Part shown: positions 22,001-30,769 of the stretch, in pieces | Layout: each line of letters begins with the position of its first letter | How positions within the stretch are numbered: position 1 is the stretch's first letter | DNA from: Opitutia bacterium | Lineage (GTDB): Bacteria; Verrucomicrobiota; Verrucomicrobiia; Opitutales; T3Sed10-336 | Direction: 5' to 3' | Assembly (NCBI GenBank): GCA_050506795.1 | Contig: JBJHCF010000014.1 | Coordinates: 2,846 to 66,845 of the forward strand | DNA: 64,000 nucleotides | The notes under the pieces: generated by a model | What the model was told of the DNA's origin: nothing | Seen by the model: only the letters and a program-made list of their open reading frames with translations | The model's database searches: none | Position numbers and translations under genes: made by a program

Positions 22001-22231
22001 CGGCCGTTCGAGATTGATCTCGATATCGAGCGGCTCCCCAATACCCGCCCGCGCCGTTGTTCCGGGGAGGGTGATGTCTTTTTCGAACGTCACGGAACCC
22101 GGTCCGGAAACCAGCCACTGGTTTTCGGGGTCCAGGGCCAGGCGCCAGTTTCCGGAGAGGTCGATTTTACCGGCGTTAGTCATCAGTGGCATAAGTAGGA
22201 AAATGGATGTGATGCAAAGGATTTGGTGCAT
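19034..22231 (-). CDS. GH2-type glycoside hydrolase (sugar-binding domain protein) with C-terminal F5/8 type C module
   Basis: Signal peptide 'MHQILCITSIFLLMPLMTNA'. 'VWINGQRVEAF', 'LNHVRFHSWAPP...LGIYLQVELPNW', 'SLGNEVEG'. C-terminal 'NAVDGNPETIWHSDW'. Paralog of 27515..30748. Confidence 0.8.
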   Translation of the reverse strand: MHQILCITSIFLLMPLMTNAGKIDLSGNWRLALDPENQWLVSGPGSVTFEKDITLPGTTARAGIGEPLDIEINLERPAMQHLHQKFAYIGPAWYQRTIDIPSDWEGRHVELLLERVIWSTKVWINGQRVEAFQDSLSTPHRHELGDLLRPGESNTITVRVDNREKLPIGIGHAYTEETQSIWNGLVGRLELHARPEVHISHLRIRPKADLSGVEATVEILNLSDRRRRVALELSLAGGYGEARSNDVPVGPGTSTHTYSVPMREDAPRWSEFNPVLHEMTATLTGPSGDSVVTESFGLRTFEAEGRHLLVNGRRAFLRGNLECLIFPKTGHPDMTGDEWTRIFETARDFGLNHVRFHSWAPPRAAFEAADRLGIYLQVELPNWSFHMGRRPQVDAYFRTEGERIFREYGNHPSFVMFSLGNEVEGELQAMDEMVAHFRSLEPDLLFTSTSFTFSPRGRTPGPEDDFFVTQQTTADWVRGQGFLNQTKPNTESDYSRGLSSVSIPLVTHEVGQYNNYPNLEEIPKYEKYDSPFRPTAWEAIRNDLEAKGRLHEAPIYTRDSGKLAAILYKEDIERALRTPDLSGIQLLQLQDFPGQSTATVGLLDAFWESKSLITAEEFRRFNAPTVPLIRMEKMTWENSEEFTATAEVAHFGESPMQDVTAFWILSDEDQTVGEGRFSVDSVPLGNANPLGKIRQDLSEVETARRLTLTVRIPDANAENSWSIWVYPATAPADKEDPGFMTARGMNEEVLAALESGETVLLLPEPGAIKRPIQGRFIPVFWSPLHFPNQPGTLGATINPGHPVFRKFPTSTHTDWQWWELLATSTTVDLDGLDPSIEKPFRFVDKYNRNALPTGIFEARIGQGKLLVCTLDISTDLETRIAARQLRRSIIAYLGSADFDPQTELAVEDLRELIGEVTLVARASSSHPDHPPGNAVDGNPETIWHSDWTRDARPPFNFEIDLLEEKQIGGFTYLPRQDQANGRIGDYAVEISENGEIWKLWGEPGAFGSGRDAVTVTFDEVARARYFRLIIKNGHGGHGSIANLELHTAPADTDVRDLGIVPGFNR

Positions 22232-22261
22232 GGCGGAGGTGACGGGTTTTCAAAGGTTCGA

Positions 22262-25200
22262 TTACAGTCTGCCGTGTTCGAGGGCCTGATGCAGATTGAT
22301 GGCGTGTTGGTCTTCGTTGGTGAATGCGAGTGTCCGGCCGAGGTGCTCGCGGGCCTGGTCCGAATTTCCCAGCCCGTGGTGCGCGAGTGCGATGAGTAGA
22401 TGGTTTTCGGCATCGCGCCGTTCTTGCAGGGACTCGTTGAAGACGAGAAGGTTTGGCAGCGAAGTGGCGAAGTAGGGAACCCGGGCCTTTTCCCTAAGGC
22501 GGTTGCCGGCGAATCGCAGCATATCTTCAAGTACCATGCGCGCTTCGGCGTCCCGACCCAACTCGTGCAGCGAAAAAGCGCGGTAGTAGGAGAGGGGACT
22601 GTGGGAGGTGAGCGTCATTTCCGCGAAATCACCCTCTTCGGAGGCGGCGCGGGCAAACGACTCGGCGGCTTCCTCGGAACGCCCCATTGCCTTCAGGCTG
22701 CACCCGATCCAGTAACGGACGTCGGCCTGGGCCTGCAACAGGTGATAGGCTTCGCCCAGTGATTGTGGCGTATCCATGGCTTGGATGAAGTGCGCGTGCG
22801 CGGATTCGGCGTCGCCCTGTTCCAGCGCCTGCCGACCCAACAGGAGGTGAGCGGTGGTGTATTGGCCGAGCACGGCCCCTTCGCCGCCTTCCCAAGGGTG
22901 AAACCGGCGGGAGAGCAAAAGGTCCAGGGCTTCCCGAGGACGTCCGGTCAGATTGTAAAGACGCGCCAGCCCGACCGCGCCGTCGTCGCGTTCCAGGACC
23001 AGGTCGCGGCGCTCCTCCAGGAAGGCCAACCGGTCTTCGAGGGGTTCGTTGCGTTTGGCGCGCAATTGATCGAATTCCACGACCAGCCGGGCATCGGAGG
23101 GCTCCGCTTGAATAGCCTTTTCGTAGGCCTGGCGGGCGGCGTCTTTGTCGTCGCGAACATTCCAATACGCGATGCCGAGGTTCCGATGGACCGCCCCCCA
23201 GTCGGCGCCTTCGTTCACCGCCCGCTCCCAGGCGCCCACGGCTGCCTCGCGCCGTTTCGCATCGTAAAGGAAATTTCCGTAAGCGTAGGCGGCGGCCGGG
23301 TCCGGACGCCCGGGTGCGAGCGTCCATTCCAGGACGAGCTGTTCGTGCAACCGCGAGGGAAAGAAACGGTCGGGATCGGGAGCGTCCGGCAATTGGGCGG
23401 GGTCGCGTCGCAGCCACGCCAGTACGTACCGCGTCATGGGTGTTCTGGAAGCCGGGTTGGGGACGGCGACCGGGGTCACCGGCGAGGCGTGATGGCACTC
23501 GATTAGTGCGGCGGCGTCTTCAAAGAAGCCCGCATCGGCATAATCGAACGCGAGGTCGAGAATGGTCTGGGCATCGTTGCGGGTGAGTTCGAGGAAGGTT
23601 TTTTGGTCGTCTTCGATCAACGCCAATTCCCAACGCGCCCAATGGTCGAGGGGATCCGTTTCCAGGAGCGCCAGCAGGATTCGTCGGGCCTCGTCGTGCT
23701 TACCGGCGTGACGCCGCAGAACGGCCCGCAGGACGTGGGCTTTGTTGTGGTCGGCATTGGTCCGCAACGATTCCTCGAGGTGGCGTTCCGCGTTTGAGTG
23801 AGAACCCTGGAGGCAGTCGATGCCGGCCAGTTGATAATGGGCGGCGGAGCGCCATTCGTAATTCCAAGTCGCTTTTTGGAACCGTTCGCGGGCTTTGGCG
23901 ATGTCGTCCATAAAGCGCGCGGCGACTCCGCTGTAGTAGTGGGCTTCGCCGGTCGCGGGGTTGGGATGACGCAAGGTGAGTCGGTCGATGGCATGGTCGA
24001 AGTGCTCCGAGGCGCGACTGAAATCGCCCGCGCGCAGGGCGCGGCGGCCGAGGGCGATGCGACAGCGGACGTCTCCGGGGTCGCGCTGCAGGCCTTCCTC
24101 CCAGTAGGGCTCGGGGGCGCGGGTGGCGTGACGGTACTGTTCGAGGTGTTCGCCGGTGAAGTACAGTTCGTCGACGGAAGCAATGTCGGCGGGGGCGGGC
24201 GGTTCGGTGGCCATCTTTCGGTTGCGGGTGAGTTGCGAACGTTCCGCCGGACGGTACTCGAGGAGCGGGGCGCCGGAACTGTCTTCGAGCAACAGGTGGA
24301 GCTCGGCGGGCGATTCGCCGGAAAAGATCAGGGAGCGGTTTTTCCAGGATTGTCCCGGACGGAGGTCAACCGTTTCCGAAAGCAGAATCCGGTCTCCGTG
24401 TTTGAGAACCACGCGGGCGCCGGAGACGGCCCGGGGGGCGCAGGCGCCGATTTCGATCGTGCGGTCCTTGTGGACCACGAGGCGCAGGGCCGCGTTTTCA
24501 TCGGCCTGCTGCACCGGTCCAATGTCCCGGATCGGCCACCAGAACTGGGAAAAGGTTTTGGTTTCGTAGGGGAGAAGGTAACTGAAATCGGGCTGGTTGT
24601 CGGTGAACACACCGGCCATCAATTCGATGTAGGGAACAACCTGTCCTGAGCCTGACGAAGGGTCGGTCAGTTCCCGGTCCCAGGCCCATCCGAACTCATG
24701 GTTGCCCCAGGTCCACTGTTTCTTCCCCGGGGCGATATGCTTGTCGGCGACGTGCACGAAGCCCCCCTGCCGGGCATGGTCGTAGCCGCCGAAAAAGGAA
24801 TAGCGGGTTTCGCAGACCATGTAGGACATGGGAACCGGAATGTTCTTGTACCAGGAGATATCGTTCCGCCCCGGGCGTTGCGAGTAATCGACTCCGTAGT
24901 AGTGGCCCGAAGCTTCGGGGAAGGTGGTCATGGCGCGGACCGCGTGGTCGGCGACATAGGTGACGTCATCGGGAAAGAACGACTGGTAGCGGTCGTGCGC
25001 CGCGGCGGCGACGTTGGCCCACCAGAGGAAGGTCCGGGTCAGGGGCGTGCGGTTGTAGAGCCGGGCTCGCAGTTCGATCAGCGAAGAGTCCGGACGCAGC
25101 CGCAACCCGTGCATGCCCTTCATGCGGTCGAAGGGATCGTGTTCGGACATCCAGACGGTCTTGGCGCCGTCGGGTTCGTCTTCAATCCAGACATCGGCGG

Positions 25201-25591
25201 GTAGGAAGGTTCCCGGCCGATGGTGTTGGGGCCAATTGAATTCAACGCCCCCGGAAATCCAGGGCCCCGCCAGACCGACCAGGGCGGGTTTGATGACGTC
25301 GTTGCGGTAGAGGAAGTCGTAGTCTTCGTTGGTTTTATCCTGGCCGATGTAAATACGCCCCCCGATCTCCGGAAGCAGGACCAGACGAACAAAATCGTTT
25401 TCCAGTCGGGCCGACTGATAGGGGGTGTCGACCGGTTCGTCGTACACCTTGTCGATAAACGGAATCGGGTAAACCTTGCCCGAGGATCCCTGATAGACCC
25501 TGTTCTCAAAGAAGAGCGGATTCTTTTCCGGAATGCCCACCGGGTAGGTGGGAAGGTTACGCGACTCGAGTTTGGCGATGACTTCGGACAT
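22262..25591 (-). CDS. DUF5107 domain protein with C-terminal TPR repeats
   Basis: The N-terminus 'LPTYPVGIPEKNPLFFENRVYQGSSGKVYPIPFIDKV' matches my recollection of DUF5107 family N-termini. The C-terminal half is rich in TPR-like helical repeats. Confidence 0.75.
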   Translation of the reverse strand: MSEVIAKLESRNLPTYPVGIPEKNPLFFENRVYQGSSGKVYPIPFIDKVYDEPVDTPYQSARLENDFVRLVLLPEIGGRIYIGQDKTNEDYDFLYRNDVIKPALVGLAGPWISGGVEFNWPQHHRPGTFLPADVWIEDEPDGAKTVWMSEHDPFDRMKGMHGLRLRPDSSLIELRARLYNRTPLTRTFLWWANVAAAAHDRYQSFFPDDVTYVADHAVRAMTTFPEASGHYYGVDYSQRPGRNDISWYKNIPVPMSYMVCETRYSFFGGYDHARQGGFVHVADKHIAPGKKQWTWGNHEFGWAWDRELTDPSSGSGQVVPYIELMAGVFTDNQPDFSYLLPYETKTFSQFWWPIRDIGPVQQADENAALRLVVHKDRTIEIGACAPRAVSGARVVLKHGDRILLSETVDLRPGQSWKNRSLIFSGESPAELHLLLEDSSGAPLLEYRPAERSQLTRNRKMATEPPAPADIASVDELYFTGEHLEQYRHATRAPEPYWEEGLQRDPGDVRCRIALGRRALRAGDFSRASEHFDHAIDRLTLRHPNPATGEAHYYSGVAARFMDDIAKARERFQKATWNYEWRSAAHYQLAGIDCLQGSHSNAERHLEESLRTNADHNKAHVLRAVLRRHAGKHDEARRILLALLETDPLDHWARWELALIEDDQKTFLELTRNDAQTILDLAFDYADAGFFEDAAALIECHHASPVTPVAVPNPASRTPMTRYVLAWLRRDPAQLPDAPDPDRFFPSRLHEQLVLEWTLAPGRPDPAAAYAYGNFLYDAKRREAAVGAWERAVNEGADWGAVHRNLGIAYWNVRDDKDAARQAYEKAIQAEPSDARLVVEFDQLRAKRNEPLEDRLAFLEERRDLVLERDDGAVGLARLYNLTGRPREALDLLLSRRFHPWEGGEGAVLGQYTTAHLLLGRQALEQGDAESAHAHFIQAMDTPQSLGEAYHLLQAQADVRYWIGCSLKAMGRSEEAAESFARAASEEGDFAEMTLTSHSPLSYYRAFSLHELGRDAEARMVLEDMLRFAGNRLREKARVPYFATSLPNLLVFNESLQERRDAENHLLIALAHHGLGNSDQAREHLGRTLAFTNEDQHAINLHQALEHGRL

Positions 25592-25619
25592 GGTGAAGAA
25601 AGGTTACCGGTGGCGGTTG

Positions 25620-27194
25620 TTACCAGAAGATAATGAAGAACAGGGCGACGGCGGCGATGACGAGGCCTCCGGCGATCTTGACCACCGGTTCGGTGCGAAC
25701 GTCCATTTCTTTACGAACGGGCAGCACCCGCGGAACACTGAGCGGACGAATCGCGGTGATGGCCGCCATCACCGCGAAGATAAGGACAAAGCACCACAGC
25801 ACCTGGATGAGAAAATGCATTTCAAAGAGCGGTTCACTGAGGATTCGACTGAAAAGTCCTTGCTTGGTAAGCAATTGGAAGGCGCTGTAAAAGACCGGTC
25901 CGAGGACCAGGGCGGCGACTCCGGCGGCTGCCGGCGCCCGCGGCAACATAAAGGCGCCCAGAAACGCGGCCACCACGCCCGGCCAGATAAAGCCCTGGAA
26001 CTGCTGGATGAACTGGAATACACGATCCGTGAGCAGCGGGGCGATCAGGCAGGCGATGACCACAAAGGCAACGGTCAATATCCGGCCAAGCCGCACCAGG
26101 TGCTTCTGCGAGGCCTCTCGCGAGAGGAGCCGTTGGTAGACGTCGATGGTGGCGATGGTGGAGGCGGAGTTCAGCATGGAAGCCAGGGTGCTGACAATCG
26201 CTCCCGCCATGGCCGCGAGAATGAAACCTCGCAGGCCCGGACCGATGAGCTCCCGGATAAGCGTGGGGTAGGCCCGGTCGGATTGTTCGGCAATCTCCTG
26301 GAGAAAGAGGCCGCCGGCCATGATGCCCGGCATGACAATGGCGAAGGGGACCAACAGCCAAAGGGCGCCGGCGAAGACCATTCCGAGTTGCCCGTCTTTC
26401 AGGGTGCGGGCGGCCAGGTTTCGCTGAACGATGAACTGGTTCAGGCCGCAGTAATAAATCATGACGATCCACAATCCGAATACCACCGCGTGCCAGGGCA
26501 GGTTCGGATCATCCGCGGGAAGCACCATGTGTAGGCTGTCCGCGTGCCGCGTCGTGAATTCGGTCCATCCGCCCACCGCGTTGAGCGAAACGAAGAAGAT
26601 GATCATGCCGCCCACCAGGAGCGCGAGCCCCTGAATGAGGTCTGCGTAGGCAATGGCTCTGAGACCGCCGGAGGCGGCGTAAACTGTTCCAATGGCGCCG
26701 ACGATCCAGACGGCCTGGTTGAAGGGAATCCCAAAAATGACGTCGAGCGCCGTGGCCCCGGTATAAAGCACCGCGGTGAGCAGCACCCCCACATAAATGA
26801 TCACGGTCAATAGTGCCATGATCGTCCTCGCGGTCGCGTTGTAGCGGAACTCGAGGAATTCCGGCATCGTGTAGATGCCCGCCCGGAGGAACCGGGGCAA
26901 CAGGGTGACCGCGATCACTACGATGAAGACCGCCCCCAGCAATTGCCAGGCGCTGACCGCCAGCCCGACCTCACCCGCGCCCTCCCCGGACATTCCCACC
27001 ATCTGTTCCGAGGAAATGTTGGCGGCGACAATGGAGATGCCGATCAGCGGCCAGGTCAAGCGCCGTCCAGCGAGGAAAAAATCGGAAGTGTTTTCGCTGT
27101 GCCCGATAACCCCGCGGCTTCGCCAGAGACTGAACGAAACCACAAAAATAAAAAACCCCGCGAAAAGCAGAACGTCGATTAAAGTGATTTGCAT
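25620..27194 (-). CDS. Sodium:solute symporter (SSS/SGLT family)
   Basis: 524 aa with about 13-14 TM segments. 'FFLAGRRLTWPLIGISIVAANISSEQMVGMSG' is the typical SSS N-terminal signature. Confidence 0.9.
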   Translation of the reverse strand: MQITLIDVLLFAGFFIFVVSFSLWRSRGVIGHSENTSDFFLAGRRLTWPLIGISIVAANISSEQMVGMSGEGAGEVGLAVSAWQLLGAVFIVVIAVTLLPRFLRAGIYTMPEFLEFRYNATARTIMALLTVIIYVGVLLTAVLYTGATALDVIFGIPFNQAVWIVGAIGTVYAASGGLRAIAYADLIQGLALLVGGMIIFFVSLNAVGGWTEFTTRHADSLHMVLPADDPNLPWHAVVFGLWIVMIYYCGLNQFIVQRNLAARTLKDGQLGMVFAGALWLLVPFAIVMPGIMAGGLFLQEIAEQSDRAYPTLIRELIGPGLRGFILAAMAGAIVSTLASMLNSASTIATIDVYQRLLSREASQKHLVRLGRILTVAFVVIACLIAPLLTDRVFQFIQQFQGFIWPGVVAAFLGAFMLPRAPAAAGVAALVLGPVFYSAFQLLTKQGLFSRILSEPLFEMHFLIQVLWCFVLIFAVMAAITAIRPLSVPRVLPVRKEMDVRTEPVVKIAGGLVIAAVALFFIIFW

Positions 27195-27514
27195 GAAGTG
27201 AACGCTGATTTCGTGCCGTCCATTTTAGTGACGAAGCTGTCGTAAGAGAATAGACGATTTCCTGAAAAATCTGGACGATCTTATGGTCATGGGGGGAACT
27301 TTTTACGTGAGATTTGGGCGTGACGGTACACAGGGGAGCTGAAAGAGGATCAATTTCACGGAGATACCCTCGGTTCCTTCATGGGAGTCTGATTCATTTT
27401 CTTGATGACGGTCTAATGGCCGGATGTTGAGGGCGGGACGTGATAAAAATATCCAGATATTCCAGAAGATCTTCCATTCTCATGAGCTGTCTTTTTGAAT
27501 AAAATTCAGGTCGA

Positions 27515-30500
27515 ATGATATCACGAGTCATCAAAATCCTTATTTGTATGAGCCTTCCAACGGTTTGTGGAGCGGCGAACTCACTCGATTTGACGGGTGA
27601 GTGGCGGTTTGCGCTGGATCCCGAGAAGCAGTTCGCCGAAATCGAGGCGTCCGAGTGGCGGTTTCCGGATGTGATCCGGCTTCCCGGAATGGTGACCGCT
27701 CAGGGGTTCGGCGAAGAGCCGTCGATGGAGACGGAATGGACCGGGGATACCTGGCGCCATCCGGAGATGTTTACGGAATTTCAGGACCCGGATAATTTCA
27801 AGTTTCCGTTCTTCCTGCAACCTCCGCTTTATTATGTGGGGGCCGCCTGGTATCAACGCGAGGTCGAGATCCCGGCGGACTGGCGCGGCGACGATGTCTG
27901 GCTCCACCTGGAGCGACCCCATTGGCATACCACAGTCTGGATCAACGGTGAGAAGAGAGGGGGCGGGGAGGCACTCGGGACGCCGCACGATATCAATCTC
28001 GGAAGTCTCCCTGCAGGACGGCACACGCTGACCCTTCGCATCGACAACACGCTCGATATTGTGAATCCGGGTCCTTCGGCCCACAGTGTCACCGACCATA
28101 CCCAGGGAAACTGGAACGGCACGGTCGGCGCCCTCGAATTGAGGCGGCGGCCGGTGAACCGAATCGACGATCTCCAGGTGTTTCCGCGTAACAGCGGAAA
28201 GGTTCGTGTCTGGATTGACGGATACGCGGCCGGAGAGGGAACGGTGACGGTCCGGATCGCGCATCGGGAGACTCCCGGGAAGGTGGTCGGCCGGGGATCG
28301 GTCGCGGTCAACGGGAGCGGGGGTAAGTTCACTCGGGAGATACTGGTTCACATGGAGGAAGAACCCAAACTCTGGGACGAATTCGATCCGCAATTGTACG
28401 AGATCTCGGCGGCGCTGGAAATCGACGGCGCCGTCAACGAGACCCTGACTTCCCGTTTCGGCTTTCGCGAAGTGGATTCTCGTGACGGACAGCTCTACAT
28501 CAACGATCGCCCGCTCTATCTGCGCGGCACCCTGGAGTGCGCGGTTTTTCCCTTGACCGGGCATCCGCCGCTCGACGTCGAGTCGTGGAAACGAATCATC
28601 CGGATCTGCCAGGATTTCGGTTTGAATCACATCCGGTTCCATTCCTGGTGTCCCCCGGAAGCTGCGTTTATCGCCGCGGACGAGCTCGGCTTTTATTTCC
28701 AGGTCGAAGCCTCCACCTGGGCGAACGACGGCGCACTTCTTGGCAGCGGTCAGCCACTCGACGAGTGGGTGCGGCGGGAGACGGAGCGGATGGTGCGATA
28801 TTATGGAAACTATCCGAGCTTCCTGCTCTATGCCCATGGCAACGAACCGCACGGCCCCAATCATGCCGACTGGCTCCAGGACTTTGTCGCGGAGTGGCGG
28901 GAACGCGATGAGCGGCGCCTTTACACCACCGGAGCCGGCTGGACGGTTCGTCCCGGGTCCGACTTTCATTCCATCGCCGGCCCCCGTCTCCACCGCTGGG
29001 GAGAGGGGATGAATTCACGAATGAACCGTCTGCCGCCATCAACCGATTTCGACTGGTCGCACCATGTACTCAACCACAGCGATGCCCCGATCGTGTCCCA
29101 TGAAATCGGACAATGGTGCGCGTACCCGAATTTTGAGGAGATCGAAAAATACACCGGCTTTTTTCAGCCGAACAACCTGAAAATCTTCCGGACCTACGCC
29201 GAACGGCACGAACTTCTTTCACAGACTCGGGACTTTCTGAGGGCCTCAGGAAAATTGCAGGTGCTCGCGTACAAACACGATATTGAAGCCGCCCTGCGAA
29301 CCGAGAATTTCGGTGGATTTCAGCTTCTGAACCTGAATGACTTCCCGGGGCAGGGGACGGCCCTGGTCGGGGTTGTCGATGCGTTTTGGGACGAAAAGGG
29401 CTACGTCACCGCCGAGGAGTTTTATCGTTTCTCCGGACCTGTGGTTCCGCTCGCCCGGATGGAACAAATGATCTTTACCACCGATGACATCGTTCGGGCG
29501 GAATTACAGTTGTCACACTTCGGACCGGACCGGTTCGAGAATCTGGAAATCACCTGGGAACTTGCGGCGGGCGAGACAATCGTCGCGCAAGGGGTGCTTC
29601 CGGCGCGTGATTTCGAGCCGTTCGCCCTGTATGATCTCGGTTCGATCGAGGTCTCGCTCAGACCGGACGATTTTCCAGCCGAATTGGCCCCGGCGAAGCT
29701 GACGTTAACGGTCGGCGCCAAAGGCGAGGATTTCTCCAATTATTGGGAAGTGTTCGTGTATCCGGCGGAATTGGAAACGCCGGAAACGGACGTGGCCGTT
29801 ACCGCCGATCTCGAGGAAGCACTGGGCCACCTGGAAAAAGGGGCGTCGGTCCTATGGTTGCCGTCATCCTCTCGTATCGCGAACGATCCCGAGCGTCCCC
29901 TCGTGCAGGGCTTTTCTCCGATCTTCTGGAACACCGCCTACACCAATTGGCAACCTCCGCACACGCTCGGTTTGTTGATTGACCCGCAGCATCCGGCCTT
30001 TGGCGATTTCCCCACCGATTTCCACTCCAACTGGCAATGGTGGGAAATCCAGAAAGGCGCCCAGCCCTTCATTCTGACCGAACACCCCGATCTGTTGCCG
30101 CTGGTGCAGATGATCGACGACTGGACCACCAATCGCCGGATCGGCCTGGTGTTCGAGGCCAAAGTGGGTGACGGCAGGTTGATCGCCAGCAGCGCGGATC
30201 TGGCCTCGGAGCTTAGTGAACGGCCTGCGGCGCGGCAGCTTCGTAGGTCGTTGCTCGAGTATATGAACGGCGATCGGTTTTCCCCTCCCGTGAGCCTGGA
30301 GGAGGCGGATTTGAGGAAACTGTTGCGTCCGGAGCCGGTCGTCCAACGCCTTGGAGCCACGATCCACGCGGAGAGTGAAGAGCCGGGATTCGAGGCGGAA
30401 TTGGTCCTGGATGGAAATGCTTCCACGTTCTGGCACACCGAGTTTTCCGATCGCAGGCCGGAACTTCCGCATGCCTTGAGCGTAAGCTGGCCGGAAGCGG

Positions 30501-30748
30501 TCACGATCTCGGGACTGATCCTGAGCCAGCGTCAGGATGGATCATTGAATGGCCAGGTGCGGGAGATCGAACTGCTCGATGCCCAGGGGAATTCCCTGGT
30601 CCGCGCGGAGGTGCCCGCTCACGCGCTGAACCACGCGATCAAGCTTTCGGATTCCATTGAGTCGAGTTCTCTGGCCCTTCGGGTGATTAACAGCCATAGT
30701 GGTCCCTACGCGAGCCTGGCCACCTTGGACCTCATTTTAGGTGATTGA
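27515..30748 (+). CDS. GH2-type glycoside hydrolase with C-terminal F5/8 type C module (paralog of 19034..22231)
   Basis: Signal peptide. 'LTGEWRFALDPEKQF' (compare 'LSGNWRLALDPENQW' in the paralog), 'VWINGEKRG', 'LNHIRFHSWCPP...LGFYFQVEASTW', 'HGNEPHG'. C-terminal 'LVLDGNASTFWHTEF'. Confidence 0.8.
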   Translation: MISRVIKILICMSLPTVCGAANSLDLTGEWRFALDPEKQFAEIEASEWRFPDVIRLPGMVTAQGFGEEPSMETEWTGDTWRHPEMFTEFQDPDNFKFPFFLQPPLYYVGAAWYQREVEIPADWRGDDVWLHLERPHWHTTVWINGEKRGGGEALGTPHDINLGSLPAGRHTLTLRIDNTLDIVNPGPSAHSVTDHTQGNWNGTVGALELRRRPVNRIDDLQVFPRNSGKVRVWIDGYAAGEGTVTVRIAHRETPGKVVGRGSVAVNGSGGKFTREILVHMEEEPKLWDEFDPQLYEISAALEIDGAVNETLTSRFGFREVDSRDGQLYINDRPLYLRGTLECAVFPLTGHPPLDVESWKRIIRICQDFGLNHIRFHSWCPPEAAFIAADELGFYFQVEASTWANDGALLGSGQPLDEWVRRETERMVRYYGNYPSFLLYAHGNEPHGPNHADWLQDFVAEWRERDERRLYTTGAGWTVRPGSDFHSIAGPRLHRWGEGMNSRMNRLPPSTDFDWSHHVLNHSDAPIVSHEIGQWCAYPNFEEIEKYTGFFQPNNLKIFRTYAERHELLSQTRDFLRASGKLQVLAYKHDIEAALRTENFGGFQLLNLNDFPGQGTALVGVVDAFWDEKGYVTAEEFYRFSGPVVPLARMEQMIFTTDDIVRAELQLSHFGPDRFENLEITWELAAGETIVAQGVLPARDFEPFALYDLGSIEVSLRPDDFPAELAPAKLTLTVGAKGEDFSNYWEVFVYPAELETPETDVAVTADLEEALGHLEKGASVLWLPSSSRIANDPERPLVQGFSPIFWNTAYTNWQPPHTLGLLIDPQHPAFGDFPTDFHSNWQWWEIQKGAQPFILTEHPDLLPLVQMIDDWTTNRRIGLVFEAKVGDGRLIASSADLASELSERPAARQLRRSLLEYMNGDRFSPPVSLEEADLRKLLRPEPVVQRLGATIHAESEEPGFEAELVLDGNASTFWHTEFSDRRPELPHALSVSWPEAVTISGLILSQRQDGSLNGQVREIELLDAQGNSLVRAEVPAHALNHAIKLSDSIESSSLALRVINSHSGPYASLATLDLILGD

Positions 30749-30769
30749 GGCCGGCATGGAGTTTATACA

